Part shown: positions 26,061-38,863 of the stretch, piece by piece
Layout: each line of letters starts with the position of its first letter
Numbering within the stretch: position 1 is the first letter of the stretch
Assembly (NCBI GenBank): GCA_013239625.1
Contig: MU053365.1
Span: forward strand, 1,398,115 to 1,462,114
DNA from: Lama guanicoe
Lineage: Eukaryota
Direction of reading: 5' to 3'
DNA: 64,000 nt
Made by a program: the position numbers and the translations under genes
The notes under the pieces: generated by a model
Database searches by the model: none
What the model saw: only the letters and a program-made list of their open reading frames with translations
Told to the model about the DNA's origin: nothing

Positions 26061-26906
26061 TAGAAATAAATTTAAAATGGTCCAAATTCAAAAGGTACAC
26101 AAATATATACAATGAAAGTATTTCATCCTTCCCTGTGGCCTCCCAGTCAACATGTTCTCTTCTCCAGAGGCAGCCAAAGTCAACAGTGTCTTGGGTATCG
26201 TCCAAGAGAATTCTCTGTTCATATCCTTTTACCTATTTTGTTATTGAATCATTGGTCTTTTCCTATTGATATAACATTTCTATTTATATTTTAAGGAAAT
26301 TGGGGCTTTTTGGTGGGAGAAGTAGCTAATCTTTTTCTCAGTTTATTTGTCCTTAAGTGTTTTTCCCATATAGAAAGTTTTGATTTATTATGTAGTTAAA
26401 TTTGTCAGTTGTTTTTAATGGAATCTCAGTTTGGTATAGTAGCATGCACATTTTATCTACATTTACCTATCGACATAACAAATTCAAACAGAACTGTGCT
26501 TCCACCTCCCCAAATCATATACTTGTCCACTGTCCCACTTCCATCAACACCTTTAGAAATATTTTACTTTCTTATTTCTGAACACCCTTCAACTTTCCCA
26601 CCTTCACCCTATATCTCTTGGGTTTTGGTGAGACACTTTGGAGTTTTAGTTTCTGGATCCATATATATTTTCCATTAGAAGATATCTCTTTTGTTTCAAA
26701 AATCATTGTAAAATACTTTTGTTAGTTTCTAGTATCAGTATTCTCATTCATTTAGATATAAGTATGAAAATGGTATGATTTATTGTTCAATGCTATTTCT
26801 TGTACTTTTTTCAGAAGAATTTTCTTCCAATTTAACTTTTTACTTAGCTAGAATATTTCCTTGAGTGAGTTCTTCAGAAAGTGCTTTCTTAGTCCCTGCA
26901 AGTCTT

Positions 26907-27063
26907 TTTTGGGTTTTTTTTTTTTGCTTTTTTTGAGGGGGAGGGAGGTATTAAATCTATTTATTTACATTAAAATTATTATTTTTAACGGAGTTTCTGG
27001 GGATTGAACCCAGGACCTTGTGCTTGCTAAGCAGGCATTCTACCACTGAGCTATACCCTCTCC
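26907..27063 (-). mobile_element. vic-1-type tRNA-Ala-derived camelid SINE
   Basis: Minus strand reads GGAGAGGGTATAGCTCAGTGGTAGA (A box)...GTCCTGGGTTCAATCCCCAG (B box), then an AT-rich spacer and A tail; flanking CAAGTCTT repeat at 26899-26906 and 27068-27075. Confidence 0.88.
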
Positions 27064-27075
27064 TCCACAAGTCTT

Positions 27076-27700
27076 AAAATATCTTTTCTTTGGTCTTTCA
27101 TATAAGTGAGACCATGACCAATATGCCTTTCTTAGGTCACAGTTCTTTTATCTTAGTAAAGTGTCGATGTTGCTGCATTGTATTCTAACTTCTAGTCACA
27201 CTTGAGTTGCTGGATGGTACTCTGTTTATCCTCCTTTAACAAGAAAACTTCTTTTATTGGAAGCTTTTAAGAGTATTTTTCTTCAACCTTAGAGTTCAGA
27301 AAATTAATCAGGGTAGATCCAACTATGTCATTATTTCATTAACCCTGCCTGGGTCTCAGCAAGTTCTTAGAGTCTTAAAACTCAAGTTATTCTTTTGTTC
27401 AAGAAAGTTGTCATTATTATATCATCGATGATTTATTTCTCTTCTATCTATTCCTCTTTTCTTTCTGGAACTCCTAGCAATAACGTTGGGTTGCCTGAAT
27501 CTTTCCTCAGTATCTTTTTTTTATTATTCATTAGGTTTTTAAAATATTTTTGCTCTATACTGTGGAATTGTTCCTTTTTTGTTGTCTAGAAAACCAATTT
27601 GAATTTTAGTAGTGACTATTCCTTTTAAAAATTCCTTTATTGATTTAAAAAACTCAGATATACTTGTCAGTTAATAAAACTTTTTTGTGTGTATAAGTTG
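27076..27700 (-). mobile_element. Ancient L1/HAL1 ORF1-like fragment
   Basis: ttgctgcattgtattctaacttctag; ctttctggaactccta; degenerate. Confidence 0.5.
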
Positions 27701-30700
27701 AATCATCTTAGGACCTCATTAAACTTTTATAAAATTCTTTCCTATTTTTAAATTAATTCTCACTATGTATGAGCCATTCTGTTTAGGTCATTTACCTTTA
27801 AACAGTTTGGGGTCTCATTTTTAGACTATTAATGTCGAAAGCTTTCTCAGTTTACCTGAAGTTGAGGCTGTAGTATCTTGGGTAGTGCTGCATAAACAGA
27901 TGATAGGAGATATGAAGGGAGTTTATCCTCCAGGGGGCAAGTAGTCAACAGTTTGGCAAATTGGGACTCATGCAAGTCTGGTGTAATGAGACCGTTTTGT
28001 GTCAGGAAGGGATTGTGAGGGATCGTATTCAACTTGATGACATTGACAGGAACAGCTGGCCCCTCCCAGAACTGTGCACAGCTGTTCTTCTCCCTGCTAT
28101 GAGGAAACCCACTAGAGTAAACTGAATCCCATCCTACCCTGATCTGTCAACCTCCCAGGCAACCATGAGGCCTTCTTTGTTTATAACGTTCAAGGTTCTA
28201 GGTCAACTGATTTGCCAGCAATACAACCAATGAAGTTCTACAAGAGAATCTTCTTCCCAAGTGACTCTATATCTCAGATATCATCATGGGTCTTACCTAG
28301 GTTCCACCTTGTTGTTAGGATTACCTTTAGCTGTTCAGTTGGTCTTGCAAAGGGTCATCAGGAAGAGAGAATCAAGGATCCGAGCTCGGGATACCGTCTT
28401 TCCAGAATATCCCTCTCCTCTTCCTCTGTTTTCAACAGCTATCCCACTGAAGAGGTAAAAGGGGGAGTGAGGTTTTAGATCTGATGCCCTGCACTTTCTC
28501 TTTAGTTTGTCTACAGGTGCCACTGGCTTATGCTCTTATGGTCTCAGTTCTTCTATCATCAGGAGTGACATGGTTCTTTGGGTTTATTCTTTCTAACAGC
28601 CCATGATCCTAAGAGGCTTGGCACAGTGTCCCTGAGGTACTAAGTATCTTGTGACCATGAGGTACTCAAAATCATCTCTTTCCTCTGATCCCCACTGAGC
28701 TCCCAACTGTGTGCTTGTTCTAGCCCCAGCCCTCATTCTCTCACACACATTAGTCACTGCTTGGAAAGTTGATGGGGTTGATTTTGTTCTCTGACTGCTT
28801 GGGAGGCAACTCTTTTAACCTGGTCAGTCAAGATCTCCTCAGTGTGCCTATGGGCCTATCAAGTAAACGTAGCCCAACTGGTACCTCCTTGTGGACCTCC
28901 AGATGTACCTGAATTCAGAATGATGACTTTGCTTAGGTTCTTGCTCTGGGCAACCAACTACCTACCACTAATAGATTTGTTGTGTGGTTGAAATGAGACA
29001 ATGTTTGTAAAACTGTTATGTACACAGAACTCCACTTAATGGAACTGCCCTGACTTTTGGTGTGTGTGTGTGAGACATTTCAGCTTGTATCCTATATTTA
29101 AGGGCACATTAGTGTGCTTACTTTCCTCCAGGGTTTATTTTCTCCTTTCATGCAAGGCATTCCACCAGTTTTTTTTTAATTGAAATGCAAAACGAGACAT
29201 TTATTTATGATCTATATCTAACATTAGAAATGGGGTATATGTGTATATACTTTTATCAGGTTATTCAGTTAGTCAAGTGCATATTTGAATTATATGGCTT
29301 GGGGCTTTTTCATGTGTCCTCTTCGTGACTCCTGTTTTATTATACATTTCATAAGAGCACAGACCTTACTTACTTTGTCCTTTACACCTTCTCAGCACTT
29401 GGTAGAATACAATGAGTGTTCAGGAAACAGAACTAAAGCAATTTAAACAGGAACACTACTCCATCCTCCACCATGCTAAAAGTGAAAAGCCATCTTTTTG
29501 TTTTCTAGAAAGATTTATCAGGGGACACATCTATGCAGATATTTCACTTTTCAATAATGTTTCCCTACACATATATGTAAAACTGTACATACCATCTAGC
29601 CCACCCCTAGGAATTGGAGTTAGTTTTGAAAATGAAAGAATATATGAATACTTTCTCCTTAACATATGTGTAGGTGGTGATGCTGGAGAGCAGCAGTGGA
29701 GAAGGAAAAGAGAAGATGGATAGTTGATGATAGCAATTTTGTGCTTACTTTTTGGAAATCACAAAGGTGGTTTCCCAATATCCCAATGTTCAGTCTCTCA
29801 AGACGCTTTCTGAAATCAGGGCCACAGGACCCGACAGAAGAAAATTTGGGAGAAGCCCTAGATTTGACACTTAACCCACACACTTGGTATCTGAATACTA
29901 AATCTCATCCCTTCGTGCACTCATTCTGTTTACTTTACAAGAAGTGATGAGCAGACAAGCTGTGTCTGAGAGAGAGAAATTCGGTAGGATGAATTCACTA
30001 CCTGAATTTCAACATTCTATTTTATGGAAGACATTTTAGTCCCCAGCACTCATGACCTGTTTTATGGCACATGAGATAAAAGAAAATCCTAAGGGTCATG
30101 ACAGAAATATAACTCCTTGAGTCCTGGCATAAAGGGGACCTGCCTGCTTCTTTGAATTTGTAGGGCTAATTAAAACCAGGATCTTAGGAAACACAGTGTT
30201 GGAGAGAGAATATCGTCAGTTTTTATTGCTGAATATGTCACTAGGGATTACTGTTATATTTATGGCTAAAAGGCATTTGAAAGTGCAAGGGAAAATATTG
30301 TTCTGCAAACAGCACAGAAAAATTTAATCTATGGTCAATCTCACTGTGGAATGTGTAATTCTAGTAATAAGTGCTGAAATGGGCTAACTGGAACTTGGTT
30401 TAAAAAATGCATTATAAAACACAGAAAAAATGATTTAATGCACGAAATAAGCTTCTGGTTAACCCAGTGGAGTGGGAGTTTTCAGGTTCAAGGTTGTTAT
30501 TTTCCGACCTTCAGACATCAGGAAGGTGCTCTGGAGACAGTGAACAGTTCTGCTACTTTTCATAGTCTGTTGTGAGGGCTCAATTTGTGTCTTTAGGAAT
30601 CTGCTCTGTTTTTAAACTGATTCTGTCATATCAATTTGAACCTGCCCTCTGATGGGAGCCTGCATTGCCATGTAACTAGGAAACTATTAATTAGAGAATA

Positions 30701-31679
30701 TATTTAAAAGTATATGCAGTGGGATAGTCTTAGGAGCAAAATAATTTATTTTAATGAAGGGTCCTATGGGAGTAGATCTATAACCATCTGACTGCAGCAT
30801 ACCTTGATTAGAAAATACAGTAGGTTTCCACCATAACAAAACTAAATCCTGAACACCACCAACAAACCAGCTGATCTGTAAGAACACAAGATCAAGTTAG
30901 GTAAAAAGCTTCTTCAGTCTTGAGTTACTGTTTTTCTCTAAATGTTTTGGAGAAATACCATCTGGAAATTAGATTTAGAAACCATGAAATTATTATAGTA
31001 TTTCCATCAATAAACTGATTTTATTCCAAAAAGTTGAAAGAATTAAAACCCAGTTATTTACAAACATTTGATTTAAGCAAATGAGTTTTTTTGATTTTTT
31101 TTTTTTGCATGAGATTGGAGTGTCTGGAAATAAAGAGTTCTCTCTCCTCTGGATGTCTCTTTATTTCGTAATTAAAATGTAAGAAGGCCTCCCTTGGAAT
31201 GTTTGTTTTGGAGGCTAAAAGACAAAATCTAAACTCATGCTTCACATATTTTCTCAAAGAACCAAATCTGTTTGGTAGCTGGTTTGAGATTGCCTGTACC
31301 TGTTTTACTCAGTTGTGGACATGCACATTTATTTTAACAAATTAAGCATTAAAGTCATTCTACAAGTGCTGCAGTAATTGCTCACAGAACAGTGTTTCTC
31401 AAAATGCACTTAATATTAATGACTTGAGTCTTATGCTTTGAAAGCATAGAAATGTATCACGCTATTTCTTGGGAGTAGAATAAGATGCATAATTCACTAA
31501 TATTTTAGTTTTCTTCTAAAATCTCTTCCCTCACCCCCCACCCCAGTTGTGTTGTAGTGGTTAGAGTATAAAAGTCAAGAATAAGAATTGCTGTCCTAGA
31601 GAAGGCACACTGTGGTCAGCAGTGCTGGAAGAAGCCTAATGGCCTTCTTCATTCCAATTCAAGTTTCCAGATGCAGGGG

Positions 31680-31970
31680 AGCTCTTTGTTTCTCCACACC
31701 ATGCAGTGCATTGTCTTGCATGTGGTAGGCGCACCATAAATATTTGTTGAATAAGAGTTAGTCCCACTACTCATTGGCTGTCTACTCTGTACCAGGCACT
31801 GCACTAAATGGTTTACTTGTATTCTCTTATTTAATCTTAAATATTTGCATTACTCTCTTTTACCAGATGAGAAAATTAGGGGGTAATGAAGAGTCTTGTC
31901 CAATGCCACAAAACCAGGAGGGAGATAAGCATCAAAGTCGTATCTGTCTGATTCCAAAGCCTGTGATCAC
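31680..31970. mobile_element. L2 tail followed by antisense MIR
   Basis: gtaggcgcaccataaatatttgttgaat; taccaggcactgcactaaat...ttttaccagatgagaaaatt...ctgtctgattccaaagcc. Confidence 0.7.
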
Positions 31971-32502
31971 TAGGGTAATGTGCTTTCCCAGAGGAATGTG
32001 TGAATGAATCAATGGATTCATATTGTATCACTCCACTATTTTGAAGCTACTTAGTTATCATTTCCTGGAACCTTTACCCACATATTGAAGTGTCTGTCTG
32101 AATGAATATCGGAATAAAACAGTCAGAATTTTGTCTCTTAACAAACCTTCTTTGAAAGCCGTTTCCAGGAATGTTTTGCATTTAAATGTGGAGATGGCCT
32201 TTAGTTGGCTTTCTGAGGAGTTAGAGGTGTGAAAATGTGAGAAGAGTGTTTGAAGACTGAGTATTTAAAAGATTTTCCCTTTCCTGTTCAGAGACTGGCA
32301 ACTTTTACAGATTTTACCCTCATCTGTCCTCTAGATTTTCTGTATGAAAAGACAATATACTTCAGCTGCTGTGAAAGGAAATCATTAGGATGGTTGCATT
32401 GAATCTTGGTCCTGTTAAAGTATTTTTTTAATGGTTAAAATGTAAATTTTATTTTATCTATATTTTACTATAAAAAATCTAGCAATTTTACTTTCTAAAT
32501 TG

Positions 32503-32868
32503 TTTTTTAAACATTTTTTATTGAGTTATAGTCATTTTACAATGTTGTGTCAAATTGCACTGTAGAGCACAATTTTTCAGTTATACATGAACATACATAT
32601 ATTCATTGTCACATTTTTTTGCTGTGAGCTAACACAAGATCTTGTATATATTTCCCTGTGCTATACAGTATAATCTTGTTTATCTATTCTGCATATGCCT
32701 GTCAATATCTACAAATTTTGAACTCCCAGTTTATCCCTTCCCATCCCCGTCCCCCTTGGCAACCACAAGTTTGTATTCTATGCCTATGAGTCTCTTTCTG
32801 TTTTGTATTTATGTTCATTTTTTTTTACATTCTGCATATGAGCAATCTCATATGGTATTTTTCTTTCA
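32503..32868 (-). mobile_element. Young lineage-specific L1 3' end (carries a 3' transduction, see findings)
   Basis: ttttttaaacattttttattgagttatagtcattttacaatgttgtg; TSD CTGTTAAAGTAT at 32412-32423 and 32869-32880. Confidence 0.92.
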
Positions 32869-33379
32869 CTGTTAAAGTATCTTTTGATACTTTTCTGGAA
32901 AGGCACCATGGGCTGCATCTATTAGTTTATTGAACTTTGAACCAGTTCCCAGTTCTTGGACTCCTAAATGTCAGAGAACATTGACCAGAAGAATATCCAT
33001 TTTCTCAGATGTAATTATCTTTCAGATTCATTCATGTGTTGCTCTGCATATTCCAGGTAACCTGCACTGATGATCTGTTTCCATGAAGCTGACCAGAAGA
33101 TTCCGTAAACAAATTGCTTATTTAACATCATGCAAACTCAGGCTATAATAAATATATCTCCCATGGGAAAAAAATCAATGGAAACATTCATAAGCCCTCT
33201 CATCACCTTCTGCTAGATCCTAAATTTGCTCTTTCTCTGTTTCACTGTCTGTTGATAGCCACCCCATTCTCCCAGGTGCCCTAGGACTCAGCTGACAGCC
33301 CTCTTTCACTTCTCATGCATAGTTGTCTTCTGGTTCAAGTTCTCAAGATCAGATGAATTTTGCATGCACGACATCATTA

Positions 33380-34105
33380 GCATGTTTTGCTTTCCACTGC
33401 CGTTGTACCAATCTGGATCCCCATTATCGTGCCTTTAGATGGCGACAACAGCCCCCTAATGGGTCTCTTTATTCACGTTCTTGCTATTCCTACAGCCCGT
33501 TATCCACACTGAGGAGGGACCTTTCTAAAATGAAAATTGGATATTGTCACCGCTCTGCTTAAAGGACTTCACTGCCTCCCTATTGTTCATAGCATGAAGT
33601 GAAAACTCCTTACTATAGCATTTCAAGTACCTACAGTCTGGTTCTAACCCAACTTTGGGGCTGTATTTCTTGATACTATTATTCCCACACTCTCTACTCC
33701 CACAGTAGATGAGGTGGCTTAATGTGTGGAGTGAGAATTTTGGAGTCATAAAACCTGCCCGATTTTGAATTCTGGTTTTGCCATTTACCAGCTGTGTGAC
33801 TTTTGGTGAGTTAGCTAACAACCCTGAGCTTCTCTGTTCCCATCTATAACAGTGGGAAGAATGATGTGTACCTTAAAAGTTGTCAGGAAGATTAAATGAG
33901 CTAATGTATGCACATAACGTACTGTGAACTATTCCTGTGTGGTCTCATTCTGCCTCGCGTCGTAAGTGTTGTTGACTTTCTTATTTTCTCCGTGTTGTAA
34001 GTGCTGCAGCGGCCAAGGCTGTATCTTCTTTATCTTTCTATCTCACATAGCGCTTAGCACAGGGTCTTACACTTAATAATCTCTCAAAAGTGTGTTGAAT
34101 TGATT
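33380..34105 (+). mobile_element. L2 fragments with an intervening MIR (about 33710-33910)
   Basis: ctttctaaaatgaaa...ctctgcttaaag (L2); ccatttaccagctgtgtgact...catctataac...gattaaatgag (MIR); cttagcacag...gtgttgaattga (L2 tail). Confidence 0.75.
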
Positions 34106-35441
34106 TGAAATAAAATCACAGCCTAAAAATTCAATATCTGAGTTTTGTTAACAACTTTCTGAAGAACAAAATGTGAGTCACCCATTGGAGTGTCCATGTG
34201 GATATTTAAATGCCAGATACTTTTGCTCATTAACCAATATACAATGTAATAGGTGATTTCTAAACTCTCCCTTATGTCATGTACCCCTAAATCTGACCGT
34301 GGTTCTCTGAGAGCTCGTGGCTTTGCATCTGCAAAGTAGAGCTACTCTGAAAGTACAGCTAAGAAGAATGAATGCTTGTATTTTCTCCTCCAGTGCAACT
34401 GTTTAATTGCTCTCTGCAGGTATACCTCCTTTTATGCAATAAACCTTTTTATGCATAATCTGCAAATATTTATAGATTGGTTCATAATTTAACTGCAGAA
34501 AGCCTGTTGTGTATATCTTTGGCAAGGCAAATGAATTTAAAAATTTAATTTATATATTTTGTGTGAGAGTTTGGGGTCAACCATAGTATGTTTGTGTTTC
34601 TTAAAGTGAGGCATCATTCCCATGTGTCCAAAGCACTTAACTATATGCCTTGGGTGTTCTCACCCACATTGATCAGAGATAAAAAGGAGGTGGTTGTTAG
34701 ATGAGACCCAGGAAAACAGGTCAAAGAGAGGGAGAGATCCTGAGCTGGCTGCTTTGCAATGTGTGCCGAGCTCACACAAACACTTGCCTGATGGGTGCTC
34801 TGGGTCTGGGGAGTCTCACTGCAAAGTTGTGGCTGAGCCCTAACATATGTCATAGCTCACATTTGGAAATCTCCCCATCACATGCCTCTGTTTAATGAGG
34901 CTAAGTGGAAACAATGAAGTTCTGTCTCTGGTCGTTACTGAACACCTAACATTTAGAAGGCCGACATCCGTTTCCAGTGCTACTTCAGGAAAGAAACAAG
35001 TTAATCTGGTCTAACAAACACAGTGAGCTACAATGAGTCACCTCAGGCCTAAGTGGTTAAATCTGAACAATGTTTAGCTCATAAGATCAATGAACACTTT
35101 CAGAGCCCATTATATTTTGGCCTTCTGATGTCTCTTGGATAAAAAGTGGGCCCTGTAAACAAACCAGTGGAAAAAAAAATAGATGTTTGCTGAGTTTTGA
35201 ACCATAATCAGGAAACCTTGGGGAGCCAAAACAGGAGAGGTAGATTTGCCACCTTTTAAATAACACAGATGATTTAACATTCAACAGCTAGATATTTGAA
35301 GGTATGACCATTGTAGCTATCCATATTAAAATACAAGATTTTTGGTTTAATGCTAACATTTATGTCTCATCATTCAATTAGATTTGCTCTGTAGGTTACA
35401 ACCTTATCTTTGGCATCTCCCCTGCCTCGTGCTTTATGCTC

Positions 35442-35788
35442 TGTTATTAATTAAATGTTTGTGTCCTCCCAAAAATCATATGCTGAAATTTTCACACCCA
35501 ATGTGATGGTCTTAGGAGGTGAGGCCTTTGGAAGGTAGTTAGGTCATGAGTGTGAAGCCTTTAGGAATGGTATTAGCCCCCTTCTAAGAAGAGACACAAG
35601 GGAGATGTCTCTGTCTGCCTGTGAAAATACAATGAGAATCTGGCAAGCTGCAAACCAGGAAGTGGTTCTTCACCAGATACTGGATCCATTAGCGCCCTGA
35701 TCTTGGACTTCTCAGCCTCCAGAACTGTGCAAATAAATATTGTTTAAGCCCCCTGGTCTATGGTAATTTGTTATAGCAGACTAAGACA
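35442..35788 (+). mobile_element. MLT1A0-like solo LTR
   Basis: aatgtttgtgtcctcccaaaa...ttaggaggtgaggcctttgg...gatcttggacttctcagcctccagaactgtg...gactaagaca. Confidence 0.88.
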
Positions 35789-37149
35789 TTCTAAAATATG
35801 CTTCTGGGGGTGCTTGAGCTTTAGCTCTTGTTTCCCTCTCTGCCCGGAAGCTCTTTCCCTTTCCATTCACTTGGATAACTTACATTCTCCCATCAAATAT
35901 GAACAGCATTGCCTCTTGGGAGCCTTCCCATGATGCTCCTCCTTGCTGCTCCCATATTGCCCTGTGCTTATGTGGGTCCACTCACCACATTACAATTCCT
36001 TACTTGTATATGTAGCAGTGCAGATGACCATTTTATTCTCCAAGTTGTGTTTATATCTTGAGCCTCCTATTCCTTTGGGTGATAGAAAAATTTTGTCATT
36101 TCAGATATACTTCCCCTTCTCCAATTTTGAGGGCTGGATCTAAATTCTCAGGCTTAAGTGTTTCCCACGTATCATGGGAGGACTGCAGCTAATCTTAGAT
36201 TATCTACTCTGTACCATCCACTGAGTAGCGTGGTATCCCTGGTGGTTGCAAGCTGTGGACATACGCAGGGCATTGCTGTCTCTGACTTTTATTTCCAACG
36301 CAAAACACACTCTTGGGCCAGCTCAACCTCCACCACTTGTGTGTCTTTCTCAAGCTTCAGAGAGATCCTGTTTTCCTCCTCTGCCACTGCAGGGTCATTA
36401 GAGAACTGTAGAGCTGCTCCAAGCACCTTCCTTGCTTCTCTTGGTCACTTAGGAAACCATTCTCCTACTCTTCACGCCAGGCTAGGTAGGAAGGAACTAG
36501 GTAATCTTGATGCCCTCCCAAGAAAAGGACAAAAGTTCCTTCTGCTCTAAAAGACACACACTAAGCTCTCCTTGAGCTATTCTTTTCTCCCTGTCTTCCC
36601 TCCCTTCCATTAAGAAGACTTTATGTGTAGCCTGAGGAGGGAATAGAAGTTGGGACTGGCTTTTCCATGTTTTTTCTCCAAATGTGTTGACTTATCCTTG
36701 ATTATTGAAACTCGAAGGTCAAGATAAGATTCCTTTGTCTGTCTTCCTTGTGATCTCTTCCCTGAGACAATAAGTGCTACATGTCTAAATGGCCCTAATA
36801 TTTTGGTAATGGAGTGGCAATAAAGATGAAGGCAGCTGTTAATATCTCAAAATGTGATTGCATCACATGTTGGCCTCCCCCACTAATCTGTGACTTGCTC
36901 AAAGGGAAGAACTGTATCCCTAGCCCCAGCAGAGTGTTGGCCATATATTAGGTATTTGGGGTATGAATAAGTTGATGCATTCAGACAGGGCACATGTGAC
37001 TTTGTTCTTTCACCTACTCATTAGTGCAACAAATGGTTCTGAGAATCTCTTCTCTTTCTGATTCTAGGCTAAACACTGCAGCTAAATGAGTAAGTTAGTC
37101 AGGCGCAGTCCCTGGCCTCAAGGAACTTATAGACAAGTAAATTCCGGAT

Positions 37150-37910
37150 GGTTTAATGTCAAAATATGTCAAAGATATAAAATATTGTTGGAGTGAATTC
37201 AAAATAATTGGAGGATATTTGTAAGCCTATGAATGGGAGAGACCTTCTTAAACAAGACTGAAAATCCAGAAATCATGAATAAAAAATATAAATGTATTTG
37301 ATTATGTATATATTTGAAATTATTTGTATGGCAAAATATACCATAAATAGCGTAATTAAACCCTTATAGACTAGAAAAAATATATGTGACACATTTGATT
37401 AACGGCTTAATAACCCCAATGAGCAAAGAGTTTCTACAAATTACTAAGAAAGAGCTAAAGAATCCAGTAGAAGAAATAGGCCCAGGATATGAGCTGTCAA
37501 TCCACAGAAGAGAATTTATATTGCCAATAAACATATACAAAGATTCTCAAATAATCAGGGAAATGTAAATTAATAAGCAAGGTGGCATTTTCCTCATCAG
37601 ATAAAAAATATGAAGAGTAACATCAATCCTGAGAAGTCTTATTGTGTGGAAGGATGTTTATAGCAGCAAAAAAAAAAAATTCCCCACAAGCACCCTGAAT
37701 GTCCATCCATAGAAGAATAATTGAATAAATTCTAGTAGATTTTGGCTATGGTATATGCTATTAAGAGCAATGAGTTAAGTCTATATAGAGCCAGGAGGAC
37801 TAAGGGAATCTTATTCATTTTTTCATTTTACATCTCTATACCATTTGACTTGTTATATAGAGCAATTATCTTTTGGAATTAAAAATCAAATAAAGTTTAG
37901 AAAAATAATT
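37150..37910 (+). mobile_element. Ancient L1ME ORF2 3' fragment
   Basis: tgtatggcaaaatataccataaat...aatcagggaaatg...cctgaatgtccatc. Confidence 0.7.
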
Positions 37911-37919
37911 TTAAAACTT

Positions 37920-38640
37920 GTTAATTACAGTGCAACTTATTATATGTTACAGAAGGGTCAATGAGGTGCTGGGCGAACTCACAGGAGGAAGCACCTAACC
38001 CAGTTATAATGCATCTAGAGAGGTTTTTCTAGAGGATATGACATCTGTGTTTACTCCCGGAGGTTGAGTGGGAGTTAGCTAGTGGGCTGGGATGGGGAGT
38101 ATTCTAAGGCACAGGAGGCAGCAGTACAGAGACTGAGAGGAGAGGGGACTTGACTGTGTGGGTAACTAAGGCTATAGGTGTAGCTGGAACACCAGAGAGG
38201 AAAGGGGAGAAGTAAGTTAGAGGGGTTAGCAGGGGCTAGATTATTAGATTTCAAAAGGCCCTTATGTCATGTTAAGCTTTAACTTAATTATTATCAATAG
38301 TAGGAGCCACTGGGGAGTTGTCAGCAGGGTAGTGACATGATCAGGTTGTTCTCACGCTGGCTGCTGGGTTGGGAATGGATAAGAAGTGGTATGAGTGGAA
38401 GCAAGGGGCCATGTCCAAAGACCACTGTGCTTGGGCAACAAGAAAGAAATATGGCTTTGACTGGCATGGTGGCACTGGAGAACATGGAGAGCTGAAGAGA
38501 TTCAAGACACGTTTATAGCGCAGACTTGGCAGATCTTGCTGATTGGTTAGATTAAAGAAGACAGGGGATTCCATGATGATGCCTGACTTTCTGGCTTCAA
38601 CAGTTGAGAGGAATACAAAGAAATGGACTTTTGGACTGTT
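37920..38640 (-). mobile_element. L2 fragment (continues the tail at about 37010-37140)
   Basis: acaggaggaagcacctaacc...ggagccactggggagttgtcagcagggtagtgacatgatcag. Confidence 0.75.
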
Positions 38641-38863
38641 TGTTCAGTTGTAGACAAGATTTGAAGGAGGAAGGGACTTCTGGAGGTTGACCTGCTTGGC
38701 CTGAGAACCTGGCCTCTGACAATGGTGTCGCCCTCTGACCTGACTCCTGGCAATACACACCTGTGTGGCCAGCCATGAAATCTAGTCTGCCCTCTACTGC
38801 CTGCTTGAGCAGCTGCAGATGACTTTAGAGTGCAAAGCCTCTTGGCTGCCCAGAGCCAGGACT

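Noticed and set aside
26990..27063. tRNA-Ala gene
   Set aside because: It is a SINE head: degenerate stems, followed by an AT-rich linker and A tail, with a flanking repeat
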